A stretch of 63,832 nucleotides of DNA, filler included, from Bigelowiella natans CCMP2755 (GCA_000320545.1; 6 parts of 6 records of this genome joined end to end with filler, not necessarily neighbours in it), one strand, 5' to 3'. Numbered from the whole stretch's first letter, positions 38,735 to 53,510 are shown. The notes: generated from the sequence alone by a model not told the origin. Program-made: numbers and translations.

Positions 38735-39768
38735 GCTTTGACGAGGAGAAAACCTAATACCCGTTGATACATCAGAGAACGTTCATTGAATGAGCGCGAT
38801 CGAGGCGCAAGAATAATGTCTGCCTCAAAAATTATGAAATACATGTATAGAAACGATTGCTTATCACCTAAGAGAGGCCAGTGCACGGCACCCGCGCCCG
38901 CGAGTACGTGGGTTGGTGGTTTGGTGTTCCCAAGCAAAGGGGGTGCTGTATGTACACTCTAGTGGGCCGTTTGTTTTAATACCCTTGTTGTTGCCGGTTG
39001 TTGTCGTTGTGAAGTTTTTCAGCACAGATATTGAAATTCTGAAGTAATTTTCGGCTTAATTGACCTGGATACGTCGTGAGAATCCAGTAGGTCGCTTAAT
39101 TAACATCAGAAAACTGCAACCCCAAAGATCAAATGTGGAAGGTACATAACCTCAGATTTGTCAGCTTGGAAGACTATTTTAGCAAGGCTGTTTCGAGCTT
39201 TACGACAACATGCACAGATTCCTTGTCTCTGTTACAAATTACAAGCTCTTCGTAGTAGTGAAGAGTACGAAATATCCGAGTACAGGATTTTCTGGTTGTT
39301 TCCCAGAATTTCGATGTGAACTATGGGTACGACAATGGTTTGTTATGTCGCAAGTTTAAAACGGAAAAGAGCTCGCCCTCGGCTTGACGTCGCCTGCAGA
39401 GAGCAGTAAGCAAAGCTGTTTGAGCGAAAGTGTACAGTAACGATGGGTCGGAGAAAAAGATAACGAGTACACGAGCGCACTTTCAATCCTGCATGCATGC
39501 TGCATGCCTCCAAAACACACAACCAACGGCCGCGACACAAGGCACAATAAGAGCCTCGTTTTTCCTCTCCGTCGGCGAAACTTTTGTACTCCGTTCATCT
39601 TCTTGGATTTATCAAGGCGTGGCCGAGGCACTTGGTGAAGATCGGAGTGTTGTGGCTTTCTCGCAAACATTCTTATAGATTATTACCGAATTTTCCACTC
39701 CAAGATTCGATCGGGCATTCCAGAGCGAGAAGCAGCTTATCGATATCGTAGTTAATGGAAGAGGCCTG

Positions 39769-40592
39769 ATGCATTCTCCCGTACGAACGACTGAAGGGGG
39801 TATAAGCACCGTTGGTGACGCATCGGAGTTCCTCTCAAGCGAAGGCAAAGAAGATGGAGAAGCATTGTTTCCAGCATTCAGCCCGATTCGTCCTATGGGA
39901 GACTACTCAAAGGTCTGATCTCGTTGACATTGCAAGTAGTAGTAGTAGTAGTAGTAGTAGTAGCAGTATGTGCAACGTATGCAACATAAGCCGCCACAAA
40001 ATTCATTCGAGTGTGGTACTACTATTTTGAATTTGCTTTACTCAGAAAAGGGTAGAATCTGGAAACTCGGGCGATATCGCCCCACTAGAAAATGGTGTGT
40101 TGAGCGAATGAACTCACAATCAAGTTGCATAGTTCATAGTTTGTAGAAGAATATATCAATATGCTTACGAAGAACCTAATACGTTGTGGGAATACATTAC
40201 AATCAGACACCTTCAAGCAGCCCAGTTCTCTGCTTTACAAGTCGGAAATAAGGTGATGAATATGATGTACTGATAGCTATAATATTTAACATGCATCCTC
40301 ATACACGATCGCCCCCCTTCTTTAAAAACCATATTTCCTGTGAAACCGTAATCATTCGTTGTTTGAACCTGGTCGGTTGACAGAACTGCTGGGATGAGAG
40401 CGAAGCCATTTGACGGTGATAACTTCAAACACATCAAGAAGAAGAAGAATATAAACAACTTCATTATGTTCCTCCAACACATTATATGTATAAAAACACA
40501 GTATACGTACATGTTTACACACGCACCATGCATGTACTCGTGTGTTTTCAGGATTTTTTTAATTAGAGTCATCCTGCACGTACATCTCACAG

Positions 40593-40644
<52 letters not shown>

Positions 40645-41658
40645 TGTGTGTGTCGGGTGTACGTGTAAGGAGAAAATAGGAGACGAAGTGATAGATATTC
40701 TCAAGAAGCACAATCAGGATGACGACTCATCTCACTGAGGATTTACCCCATCTCCTCCCCCCCCCCTCCTTCTCCTGCACCCTACTTCCTCTTCTCATAA
40801 TTTAATTATCAACTCTCACCACAACTCTTTTTTCTTCCCTATCGAATACTCTCGCACCCACCTCCTCCTCCTCCTCCTCCTCCTCCTCCTCCTCCTCCTC
40901 CTCTCCCACCACTGCTCACAGACCTTAATTACGTTGAAAACCTGGTGTCCGCTCCGTCGTTCACGTCAGCTGATGATGCCTCCGACAAAGGAAGCAGAGC
41001 AGGGATGGCCTTTATTCCTCAGAGCTTCTCTTACTCCACACAGCGGGTGGTCTCAACTCACAACAAAACAACAACATGATGAGCATTATGGTGACTACAT
41101 GTCTCGTGAAAATAAGTGAAGGATAATCGATACGAAGAGATTATTGCTGGCAAGTGTTGTTGTTGGGCTACCACCGGCGAAGTTAGCCTTCATTCAGCAG
41201 CAACGTAAATGAGGATGATGATGACGATCATCACCATCATCATGTTGGCTGTTATTCACACTCTAGCGAGCCTTGAAGGATATGTTTCCGGCGGCGCAAT
41301 TTGCAGCTATCTCCTTGTTTGTTTTACAGCACCTTCATCTCTTCTTCGCCTGACGTTATGCTCACAACACAAATATCAGCTAGTATACAAGGAGGAAGAA
41401 GGAGGAGGGGGAGGCCTGGATGGGGAACGCGACAACAAAATGGCGGCGCAACAAGCGAAGGAGTACATTTCGTACACGCAGAGCAGCAACCAGATGCTGC
41501 ACAAACACCTGACCTTTGCCAGCGAGAAGATCGAAACCCTAGAGGATAAGCTGGACACTCAGAAATACCACAACGCTCGGCTAGATCATCAGAACCGCGC
41601 CCTCACCACCAACCTGCATGTTAGTAGCTTAGCGTCGCAGCTGCTGTCGTAGCAATGA

Positions 41659-41694
<36 letters not shown>

Positions 41695-41775
41695 GCGACG
41701 TTGCCGTAGTAAAACCTGATATGTTTGTTGGCGAGAATGCTTCAAGAGAGATCAGGCGATGATACGAAGATGAAT

Positions 41776-41812
<37 letters not shown>

Positions 41813-42375
41813 GAAGAAGGCTTTCCAACCTTCGCGTCTCCCACCCCCTTTTCCCCCTGCTGCGATGAGAGTGCATGGTAGATGATGATGGTGATGATGA
41901 TGGTAGTGATGCTCGTGTTCTATATCTCCTAAAAAAAAGTGAATTAGCGCACACAAAATACTCGTCACCAGGTGCTGATGCAAACCACTTCCCAGCTCAA
42001 GAGGCAGCTCAAAGAACAACAGGAGAAGGCGCTTCAGGTTGTCTTTGTTTCGCAGCTCGCGTTACTACTACTAGTAGCAGCAGCAGCAGTAGTAGTAGTA
42101 GTAGTAGTTTCATCATGCAGAGGCGGCCGGATTCGTTGTTCCTTTTCCCCTCTGTTTCGGTAGCTGTTGGCAATATTTGTTGAAAATGGCTGTGCTAAAT
42201 GGCTGTGCTACTAGGCTGTCAATGACACACAGAAGATGCAGACCGAGCGGAAGGCGCTCGAAGCGCAGGTACTGCTTCAGTCACAGCGTGTGCGTGAGAT
42301 GAAGAAGAACTACGATGAGCTACAGGAAGAGAATAAAGCCCTCCAGGAAAAGGCTGCTAAGGTCTCAATGTTTTC

Positions 42376-42434
<59 letters not shown>

Positions 42435-42436
42435 CT

Positions 42437-42478
<42 letters not shown>

Positions 42479-45186
42479 GGGTGTTCATAACCGTGTCTCA
42501 ACCAATAAGGGCCGTGTGAAAAGTTCAAAAAAAAAACTGAAGAAGATGACTCGATCGTCTACATTCAATGCATCCAATAGACGTAAGAAGAACGTGTATT
42601 AGATTAGAGGCATTGTGATGATGATGATGATGATGATCATGATGATGACGATGACGATGGCGATGAAGGAAATGGTGAGGTGGAGGAGTACACGTTAGCG
42701 CCTATCGTAAGGAAAGGTTGTGCTGTTGCTCCCTTTCTTTTCGTATTTCTAATGAAGGCATCATTACCACCACGACCACCACCACCACCACCATTATCAT
42801 CATCATCATCATAATCATCATCGTGTGACGATCATCATCCACATAATAATGCTCCAATCGTAGGCGCAGCCGCTGGGAGAATCAACTCAAAAAACAAGAA
42901 AAACTTTCCCAAAACCCCACCGGCGATTAGCAGCAGCACGAGGAAGAAAGTCTCGACGTTACGACATAAAAAGGCCCCCCTCGCCCATCACAGTGATGAT
43001 GCCGATGATGATGATGATGCATTCCGCAAGCTTCTGTCCCCGAAGAAGGACGTGGAGGGGGGGAAGGACAAGCGGAGTGCTATCCCCAAGCTTAAGGCGT
43101 TGCACGTATCTTATCAACAATCTGCCCCGTTGGGAGACAGTAAGGATGAGGACAGGGAGACCGATTCTTCTTCTCCCCCCCCTCCTCTGCCCCCCTCTAA
43201 TTCGTCCTCCTTGTTCACCTTCGATTCTCGGAGCGGAGGCAGTGCCAAATTTCATCACGCCACGCCCAAGTCCGAAATCTCTCAGGGAACGCCAAAGACG
43301 GTAGATGGTGATACAGCAGCCGGGAGGATGCTCCCCCCCTCCCCTTCCTCAGACCTTACTCCGCGGAAAAACGCGCGGGAAGATCACGCGAGGGAGGGGG
43401 GGGACGGCTGGCTCGCCAGCCTAGGAATCGCAAAGCAAATATTACATGAAGACGAGCTCCTTTTATATGAGGACGGCATCGGGGGAGAGGGGGGGGGAGA
43501 GGAAGGCGAATAAGGCTCACGGTAACAACAACAGCATCAGCAAAGGAAGTGAAGGAGACATTACAGCAGCAGCAGCAGCAGCCGCAGCAAGTGAGAAGGG
43601 GCAGAAGAAGAAGACGAGGAGACTCACGGAGGAGGAGAAAGCTAAAATCGCGCACATGATGCGTAAGCTCAACAAGCTCCGGCACTTAGCCCACGATGAC
43701 ACCAAGGTGCCATTATTTGTCCCGTATGAATGGTAATAAATGAGTGAGGACGTGAAGAGGAAGCAGTGTTGGCAAGAGCAGTTGATCTTAAAGAAAACTC
43801 ATCTCCATCATCATCATCATCATCGTACCCTATATGTCTACTATTGACCCCCCCCCCCCCCCCCTCCCCCTTCACCTTGGCTTGGTTTTTTTGAGAGGCG
43901 TCTTCTTTTTCTACAGAACGGTTCTTCATCATCATCATCATCGTCGTCGTCATCATCTCCATGGAACTTGGAGAAGCTCCGTAAAGCTCCAGACCCTTGG
44001 AAGCCGGTCAAGTTTGTTGGCAAGACAGCTCTCAGGGCCACGTATAAAGGTAGGTCAGAGTAACAATCATAGTAATGTTAGTAGTCGTGGTGGTGGTGAT
44101 GCTGTCGCTGATGATATTTGAAGATAGTGATTGCGGATATTGACGATAACAACTGCAGACATTGTCTCTGATGCGTGTATTTTCTCTCTAGTTTGCCCAC
44201 CCTCACCTCGCCCCCTCCCCCCCCCCCCCCCCCTTCCCTGGCGTGTTCTCCAGGCTGCAAAGGCGCGTTTATGTATGTCTACACTGGAGGTAGTCTATAC
44301 TTTTGTTGTTGTGCATGATTATCATCAACAACAGCAACAAAAACAACAACAACAACAACAACTTGTTCTTCTTCTCTTTCTCTCGTCGCCATTATCACTG
44401 TCATCATCCACATTCACAAACCCCCTCCTCCTACTCGACTGATCATCTCTTTCATCATCATCATCATCATCATCACATTGCTCGCTACTGTGCAGGGGAG
44501 GGCACAAAAGATTTTTGTGTGAAAGTCGTCAGAAGCGCTGCAGCAGCAGGTGCGTGGAGAGAACGACATCAAAAGCGGTGATGCTTCGATGTCGTCACAA
44601 CATATTGGGAGGAAAGTGCAGATAAGTACTAGATGACTTTGGAAGCACACAACCAGCCCCATGAAATCCCTTCCCTCTCCTACATTTGCTCCCCCCCTCC
44701 TCCTCCTTCAGGCTTATACTCTGCATGGATACCGGTAAGGCTATACAGCGGAGTCGTCAACACCGTCGATGGGGCCTTCAAAAATCAAGCGGTAGTAGTA
44801 GTGATAATTCTATGATGATCTTGATATAAGGCTCGCGTGCATGTGAATGTATATGGGGTATTTTAGGGGGGGGGGGATCTTCATCATCATCATCATCATC
44901 ATCATCGTCACTCTCTGCACCAGGTATCTTTGGGTGTTTACCCTGAAAATGCGAAGGAGGATGATAGCAACGACAGCAAGCAGGGGCAGCAGAACGATAG
45001 GGAGGGTGGAGATAGTAACGAGCCCGTTGATGAAAATGAGGCCTCCATCAATGCCGTGTTACAGAAAGAGCTATTTGAGAATCCTCCTTCTGGAAAAAAA
45101 AACGATGGCAAGGCAACATCGGGGGCTGCAAACCGAACCCACAATCTTTCCGTATGCTTTTGATTCTATAAATGTTTTAATGCACC

Positions 45187-45229
<43 letters not shown>

Positions 45230-45453
45230 GTGTGTGTGTGTGTGTGGCGGTGATAGGGCGTGCGATTTTGTGTTTAATGGCCTCCCGTCCAGCAAGGCAC
45301 AAACCTAATGAGAAAAATGGAGATGGGTGGAAGAGGAATGATATCGTCATCTTGCATATGCAAGCCCGACGACGATGATGTCGCCATCTTCATCGTCGTG
45401 ATCATCGTTTTTTGCCTTCGAGTCAATACGATTTCCTCTTATTCCACAACGAA

Positions 45454-45494
<41 letters not shown>

Positions 45495-45967
45495 CATACA
45501 TCTATCATTAACAGAGATTGCTAGTAGCTGGCGGCGACATGTCGGACCAGTCGATGCATTCAACGCATTCTGGCTTTTGGGAGTGCCAATACGGCTTTGA
45601 AGAGGAGACTCTATGCGAAAAACAGGTCGGTAGGTAGATAGTAGCAGTCTAGTAGTATCAGCAGCAGCAGCAGTAGTAGTAGTAGTAGCAATTCAGCAAG
45701 TAATGAAAGATACTCCTGTCGCAAGTAAGTATCCCTTCCTCACATCTCTCCCCTATCCCCCCCCCTCTTTACTTCAAAGAGACCTTTAAGATCACTCCGA
45801 AGATTTTCGTATAATACGAGGAATAAGTACCTCTTGTCTCCTCCCCCTTTCTCCCTCCTGATCCCTGTTATGCACATCAGACGCGCTCATCACCACGAAG
45901 TCAAACAATGGAGTACTCACCGAGGCACCTGTTTGAGCACTTGGATTTCTCAAACCTTTCTCTGTGA
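39769..45967 (+). CDS. Large multi-exon hypothetical coiled-coil protein (boundaries approximate)
   Basis: Exons with heptad character (EKIETLEDKLDTQK, ERKALEAQVLLQSQRVREMKKNYDELQEENK) separated by microsatellite-rich GT-AG introns. Confidence 0.55.
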
Positions 45968-46759
45968 TGAATTTAGTAAAGGGGTGTCGCCGATTAGGGT
46001 TAGAAAGGGACAACTACGCAAGCACAATGAATATTGATACCGACCGCTCACACATCAGGGAGAAATAAATGAAGGGGAAGAAACAAGAGAGGGCTGCTAT
46101 AGGATAATTATTACCTAAATTTGTATAGCAGTCCTTGTTAGCCTACTAGCTTTAGAATAATCCACAGCCATTAGTAAATACACTGCTGTGTTGCTGCAAA
46201 GATAAAATCAACGCACCGCGTTGTTTGCATGTGTCATAATATTCATTCCAAGACAAGGCCCGATTTAAATAACTCGATGTTGCACACGGTCCTACACTGC
46301 ATGGAATGTGCAAGGACAACATGGGCCTGTGGGCATCTAGAAGCATGCACGATAAGACGAATTTGCTGCGAAGAAATTATTAAAGAAAATAAACACATCG
46401 CTCGCGCAATTCTAGCTAGCTAGGATTCATCTCTGATATTCGAACACAAATAATGCAGCTTTGCAGCACATGCTAGCATGCCTCAGATGCCACAGAATGC
46501 TCAGTCAAGTAGTGCTAATGAAGAAGCGCATGCTAGCATGTGTACGCAAGCAGGTCTAGAAGTGTCGTGTGAATAACAACATGTAATGATAAATTATGAT
46601 TGTCGTGTATGATTGCAGAAACATCAGAATGAATAGCATACTAGCATGCTAGCATGGCTAGATGGCAATATGAGTATTACTGCATATCTCTTAGATCTAT
46701 ATCAATACATCTAGGCGTTGCTGCCAAATGGCACATTTCTAGACATGTTATTCTTGCTA

Positions 46760-48930
46760 CTACGTCATGAAGGAAGGATCCATCTGCTCCATCTTGCGCA
46801 TCATAGCATAAAAAGGCCGATCGTACCTGTATTCAAACATGCAAAGGTTACAAATTCTCACAACAACGCTAGAATAGCTAGATAGCAAACGCATGTGCAC
46901 AGTATGCGTGATGTGTATGCGTGATGTGTATGTGTGATGAAAGCAACTGACGCATCATTGTTATTTGGCATTGCCTGGGCTGATCCGAGGAGCCCTCCCC
47001 CCTTTGAGACAGGTCCTCGATTCGCTTTCCTACATCGTCACCCTGAGCGACTTTCTCCTCTGGAATGTAGAGTTGGGATAGGTTTCCCCCTACCGCCGAA
47101 AGAGTGGTGACTTGGTGCATGCACGCACGTGAGAGGGTGTACATCATGTAGAACGCCTCTGCGATGGTTGAGCCGCCTATTTATTGCCGTATCATTGAGG
47201 AGTCAGCGGTGCGGTTGAAGGAGGACAGTTTGCAGCCTCAACCGGCTTAGTTATACCCCCACCCCCCGCACCAATATGCATGACATCTCGCATTAACTAT
47301 TCCATGCGTATCAGACACAATATCTCTATCATCATCATAATACGATAGTAGGTCTGCTACATGCTATTGTGCCATGGTTCTTTAGGAAAAGGATCTTTGA
47401 TTCAAGTCCCAGCGCCTTGATTAGAGCAGGCCGCTCTCGTTCGTCTGTCGTGATGCCTGTAGATAGAAGTACTCAAAAACCACCACACACAGACTGCTAT
47501 TTGCGTGCTTTGCGCGGGGAAATGGAGGATGTTTCATCAACACCATCCATAACAAATGGCACCTTCTTCTTCCTCCTTTTCTTCTTCTTCTATATCACCT
47601 TCTGCTTAAATTATGAACATGCATGTCTACTAGCGAGGGATACCAAAAAAGTCGTGGGAGGTCTTTGAGGTGTGTCGCAAGCAACTGCACGCCTCTAGCG
47701 AGAGGGGGAGGAGGCCACATTTCATGTTGGCTACAGCCTGCATATCTTTGTCGTGCGTATGGAACACACAGTTCACGTCCGATCGGGCATCGTGGATCGC
47801 ACCTACACGGACAATCGATACTATTCATGTAAGCCAGATTTGGTACTGTCCATCTCCCTACCCCCCCCCTTCTCTCTCTCTCTTTCTCTCTCTCCACACG
47901 ACTGCATGTTGGTAGATTTCACATCTTTGGACAACGACATGAATTTGAATGAATCGGATGACTCCTCCCTCCCCCCCCCCTTCAATATCTTCTTCATAGC
48001 TTTTGATACTAGGCTGCAAAGAAAGAACCGTGGATTATGAATCCAGCCCAGTTGAACCCGAAGTCACTTGTTCCTGGATCGATGACTTTTCCTTTAGAGT
48101 TTACTTTGATCAATGACGATGCTGTGACCTGCAGAGAAAACAGAATCCACCCTCACTATACACACACACCTCTTTCTCTCTTTCTCCCTCCCCCCCACCC
48201 CCCCCCCAAACCTCTTCTATCCCCATTTGGCAAAGATGTAAAACTGGGGGTTTTCAAGAGGAAGGTCTTCTACCTCATCGAATCGTAGTCCAAAGGGATT
48301 AATCAAGAATTCGTCGGCAGTTCCAGGCACACGTACTGATATATGGTTGAAGATAACCTGCGGTTATTGCGCGCCGTAATATGAGTGGAACGTTATGAAA
48401 CGATCATGGATATATAAGGAGAATGTTTTTTTCCCCCCCTTTCTCCATATATTTAGGACTCAGAGTACCTCGTCCCATCCCAAGTCAGAAGCGATCCGAT
48501 AAGCAGCTGCAAGTTCAACCTGAAAATATGACCAAGCACACAAAGAGAGCCAGCCAGGATTTATAGCAATCGGTTTCTCCGTGTACGTCAATGATGAGAA
48601 GTGTGTCGCAATTATTCGGTTACTCTGAGTCTCCATTCCGCTTGCCCATACTTAGAGATGCCGCACATACGCTTTTTCTCGAAGTTCTTTTCGTTCTTTC
48701 TGGAACCTACGCATTGGCAAGAGGGCATGAGCTGGCAAGAAAGACGCACAAATCGAAACAAATCAAATTCTGAGGCGCGAGCGGCGAAGCGCCTCTTCAA
48801 AAACATAACGTTAACTACGTTTTTCTGCAGCGGCTGCGTAAAGCCTCGTAGCGAAAGCGCCAAGTGCGATGCCGACGCCGAATGGAAGCAAGAATCCGGA
48901 TCGGAGATGGGATTGAGCTTGCGAAGCCAT
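46760..48930 (-). CDS. Class II aldolase/adducin-head family protein
   Basis: AEWRLR|VELAAAYRI..LGWDE|VIFNHISVRVPG..FLINPFGLRFDE|VTASSLIKV..AGFIIH, CVFHTH. Ends AMMRKMEQMDPSFMT*. Confidence 0.9.
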
Positions 48931-49209
48931 TGTGAACGACGAGTACGAGCGAAGTAAATCTAGGAGAGAGGAAATCGAAGAAAATCGCCTTGAATCAGCT
49001 TCCTGAGACAAGTAATTTCGATGACTCTGGACCAAAAATCCTTCGGATATCTTTACGATACTAGACGAAGCCAGCTTTATTTAATGTCGCAGCAGGTGAA
49101 CGTAGGTCATTTTTTTACCTTCGAAACTCGCCGCCCTCGTCCAGGAGAGGCATCGGCAGCGATCATCTGAGTGGGGAAAGGGAGAGGACGGCCCCTCTCC
49201 CACCGCCGT

Positions 49210-50437
49210 ATGGGTTGCAAGGGAAGCCGATTCGAAAAGACGCCCCTCGTTCCAGCAAACGAACTGAAAAGGCTCCTAAACGAACACCAAGTTGAGGGGA
49301 TCGTGCTCACGTGGTTCGAGGGCCATCGGGTGTCGTCTCAATGTGCGGGATTCGCAGACGCAAAACACGAGCAGAAAATGTCCAAGGATATATGGCTGCC
49401 CTTCGGAATGATGGGGCAGGTTGTCCTAGCTTCTTTCGCAGCACGATGTCTTTCCAGGAGGAAGATTAGTCTGAATGCGAAAGTTGAGGAGCTTCTCGTC
49501 CGGATAGGATCACGCTTACGCATCGAAACGGCACGAGGGCAGGAGGCATGGGCCCAAAGATTTGACGCTCCACCATTTATTCCGCCACACCTCTGGACTA
49601 CAACAGCAGCAGGAAAGATTATCATGCAGTACAACAGAAAAAGAATCCGCGAGTGATTCAGAATCGGCGTCGTCGTTAGATATTGGTAGACTCATTCTTA
49701 GTGCCAAGCCAGGAACAGCAGCACACCTCACAGACACTAACTTCCTTCTCCTAGAGCACATTATCGAGCTACTTGAAGGAGGGGGGGGGAGTTTAAAGAA
49801 AAGCCTTCGACGGTATTTGGACTCCAGTGGCATGAAGAATGCGGATATCTGGAACTCCTTCGCGAAAGGCAGAGTAGTCGATAGTTCTACTGCGTATTCT
49901 TCCAGCCTGGGTAATAAGAATTCTTGCTTGTTCAATGCTCTCTGCGGAACCTCCGAGTCTCTTGCGCATTTCCTCCTCCTACTCGGAACAGCGTATGCGA
50001 CCAAAGACCACGGAATAATCCACGAGCAAGCAGGTGGCGCTTTGCCGAAAGGCACCAACTACTTGCGGGACATTGAATCTGCAAGAGCAGATCTCCTCGG
50101 GACAATGATCTTCAGTGCAGGCCCGAACAGGATTATGTTCCAATATACTAATATGTACGGCCTCCGAGGGCTTTATATATCGTGCTTTAAAGGGCCAGAT
50201 GCCAAGCAGGGGCCGAGCGGTCTTCTCATTCTCTGCCGGGGGTTTTCGGAGAGAGCTGTCTCTATCGTCTGCATCGTCGCGAGAATGTTACTTCTGCAGC
50301 TCAATTGGGAGGGAGTCAACTTTATGAAAGTCGATGGCAACGACAAGCAGCCCTCGTTCTGTTGTCCACAGCCCGCAAAAACATCCATGCTGAATACTCT
50401 TAGGAAATATGTGATAGAGGCTTTCACTGATGAGTGA
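49210..50437 (+). pseudogene. Intronless class C beta-lactamase/serine-hydrolase-like gene, catalytically degenerate, +1 frameshift near 49555
   Basis: GFAD...(SxxK position reads MMGQ)...KISLNAKV, then in the next frame LTLHHLFRHTSGL and NFLLLEHIIE. Deleting one C from GCCC joins the two ORFs. Confidence 0.7.
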
Positions 50438-51210
50438 GCACAGCTGCGTTTCAGAAACCGATTTACCACGTGGGCAAAAGTCTACATGTGTTAGTTTCAT
50501 GTGCTCTTACGCGGGGCGATCACATCTATCGAACTTAGCGAAGTTTTCCAAAGTGACATTTTCAATATCTGCAATCTGCATGTGTATTCGTTAAAGGTCT
50601 CTAAAATTTTATTTGTGCAGTAACCGTCATCATCGTACTCTCTACCTTTATTGACAATGACTGACGTCACATACCAGGACATCCAACATAATGTTTTCTA
50701 AGTCAAAGATTCAGAAACATATGGAGTGTTCTACTATTGGCCTCATAATAATGCTAAAAATCTCATGGCCGACGACGTGCATGTAAGCCATAAAATGTAT
50801 TATCAATTGTTAATGTAGTTACATTATACGGATAGATATGTTGTATCAGAGTGCAATGCATTTGCTATGCAGCATCGATTAAAGCATACTACAGCCGTTT
50901 GTTGTTGCTATAATAGCTCATCTAGCCATTATGCACGTCCTATGTGAGACGGATGTAATTAATCAATTAAATTTGTTCAATGGTCATCCTCATGTAGCTC
51001 TTGTTCAATGCAGCGACTACAGCGCTAATGTTGAATCTGTTGGTTTCCGCTATGATGCGTTCCATGCAATCAAATGCATGNNNNNNNNNNNNNNNNNNNN
51101 NNNNNNNNNNNNNNNNNNNNNNNNTTAATTAATTAANNNNNNNNNNNNNNNNNNNNNNNNNNNNNNNNNNNNNNNNNNNNCCCCCCCCTTTTCCCCTTCT
51201 GTCCTCTCAA

Positions 51211-52569
51211 GGTCGAGCTCGCTCTCTACCAGAATATGGGCGTGGAGGTGTTACTGCCGGGCAGAAGACGCAGGAGATCCTCGATGTTGCCCCCTCGAAT
51301 CTCGAGACAAACTCGAAGCAATGGCGCTCGCGCCCGTCGTCATCACGACGCACAGGTATTGCATGGGATCTGGGAGGTGAATATGCCCGCCGCCGTCTTT
51401 ACGTGCAGCGCCATTGTGTACCTGCGTGCGTGTGTCTGTGCATTTGAGAATCATCACTTCTCAACTAGTTTCCTTAAGGTGAACGAAACCCCCCCCCCTC
51501 CCCCCCCCTCCTGTGCTGCTGCTGCTGCTGCTATTTTATCTGATGAGGTACGACCCTCTCCGGGATGAGGGGCTGGAATACGCCAACTTCCTCATCGACG
51601 GAAACGTGACCGTTCTGCAAGAGGAGCTCAGGGGTGGGAGAGGATGATGATGATGATAGATACATAGATAGATAGACGTGAAATGCATGCAAAAGACTAT
51701 GATGAACGAAAGTGCTGCACCCCGTGTATTAGTGCACTATTACTAATAATATTTGCTGCTGTAATACTATTTTCTTCGGCAAACCGTTGGAAGAGAATTA
51801 TCGATGATTATTTCTTGCTGGGCGGCTTAATCCCTTACCCCCCCCCCCCCCTTCCCCTCTCAAAATGGTGATGACACAGGCTCCCACTCTTACGCCCTGA
51901 TCGCGGACAGCCAAGGGGCACGGCGCGCGGCCAAGCTATTCGAGAAGGTAACAGTAGAAGAGGACGATGGTGCTGCACTCGTGGCGACCGAGTAGTAGCG
52001 ATTAGCTTCTTTTTGTGCAATGGGCTTTGCTAGTGGCGTGAAGAAGTCATTGCAGGCAGCGTCATTCTGCGACATCTACTTCCACGCGGCGGATGCAACA
52101 TAGACCACTCTTTTGAGCACATCCGTCGTCCATCTTCCGTCGCGTCTTTGACGTCGGAATTTCCCTTTTCCCCCCCCTCCCCCCCCCTTCCTCCCCCCCC
52201 CCCTCCTATCGGTGTGTTGTCCTCACGTTTTCCTCTCTCCCTCCAATCATCATCCGTGTTGTAATACTATCGCCGCGCGGCGCTACACGCCGCCAGATTG
52301 TTGTTGCGCAGGATGGCTATTCGAGCTCAAACCAGGAGCAGGAGGAGAACAGCAGCACCCATCACTCGAGCGACGGAGTCGAGGTAGATGGCCACGATGG
52401 AGGGGCGTCGTCCGCTGTATCATCGTCGGGATCATCGGGCAATCTTCCTTCAGAAGCTGCACTGACGATGAATGGCAGCGGCTCTTGCGACCAAGCTAAT
52501 GAGAGCAGCAGCAGTACCAGCAGCAGCGGCAAATCCTCAAGCGGTAGTCGTGAGCAGGACAATCAATGA
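51211..52569 (+). CDS. Hormone-sensitive-lipase family (abhydrolase_3) esterase, C-terminal part
   Basis: WAWRCYC..DPRCCPL..APVVITTH|RYDPLRDEGLEYA; later GSH; Ser-rich tail. Confidence 0.78.
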
Positions 52570-53510
52570 TACGGGTGCCGCAAACTATGAATGTATGCAC
52601 GGCAAATGGCACGATGCTCCGAAGTGTCGGAATTCTCGTTGCGGAGCTTTTATTAAATCGTATTATATTAATTGGGGACGGTATGGGGGAGGAGGGGAGG
52701 CGATTGCACGCATACACTTGCTGCAGTGTTATTATTTAATTTAGTGATGTATTGCATGTCCAACATCGAGACATGCGGTGCGGTGAGTGTGGCGGTGCGA
52801 CGCCACGCAGCTTAGATGCCTCTAGATCGAGCTTATTTATGTATCGTATCCTGCCACTCTTCATGCTTTGCATTTGCTGTTGGGCCTCACTAGCTCATGC
52901 TACCATGCTATGTAGTAGACAAAGCTAATAGTTGCAAGTTTGTCTAGCTATTAGGCCATTTACTACCCTAGTACCCGTCCCTAATATCTAGGTCCACATA
53001 AATCTATGTCTATTTGGATATAGCCTACGTATAACACATTTAGGCAATACATCATTATAAATGCACATCATATATCATATAACTAGATAAGTCTGCGCAT
53101 ACCAGCATGCACTCGATCATTTATTGCCACATTGCTAACTAGATCTACAGAGATGTGTGAGAATGCTCCTCTTAGTCTATTATGTGCATGTGCTAGCTAG
53201 CACATCTAGACATGCTTCCTAGCTTCGTTCATTGCTAGTTTTATTCCAAGCTAGCAGCGAGGCGGCGTGCACGCGCGCGCACAACAACCGCACACATATT
53301 ACATTCATTTACAAAGCGACATGTTGTTTAACGATCCAGAGACAGTAATCCATAGAAAGATAAATGACCTATTAGGCGAGAGATGTGCGCATGCAATCGT
53401 GCAGTAGAAGCATTCTAGCTTGCCTCTATCGCTCCGCACGAACAACACGCAGCAGCAGCAGTAGTAGTAGTAATAATAGCGCGTGTTTATATGTGCATTC
53501 CGATGTACTG

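Noticed and set aside
38740-39760. Possible small gene or ncRNA between the RING and coiled-coil genes
   Set aside because: Only splice-like signals are visible, probably 5' UTR exons. No recognisable product or tRNA fold.
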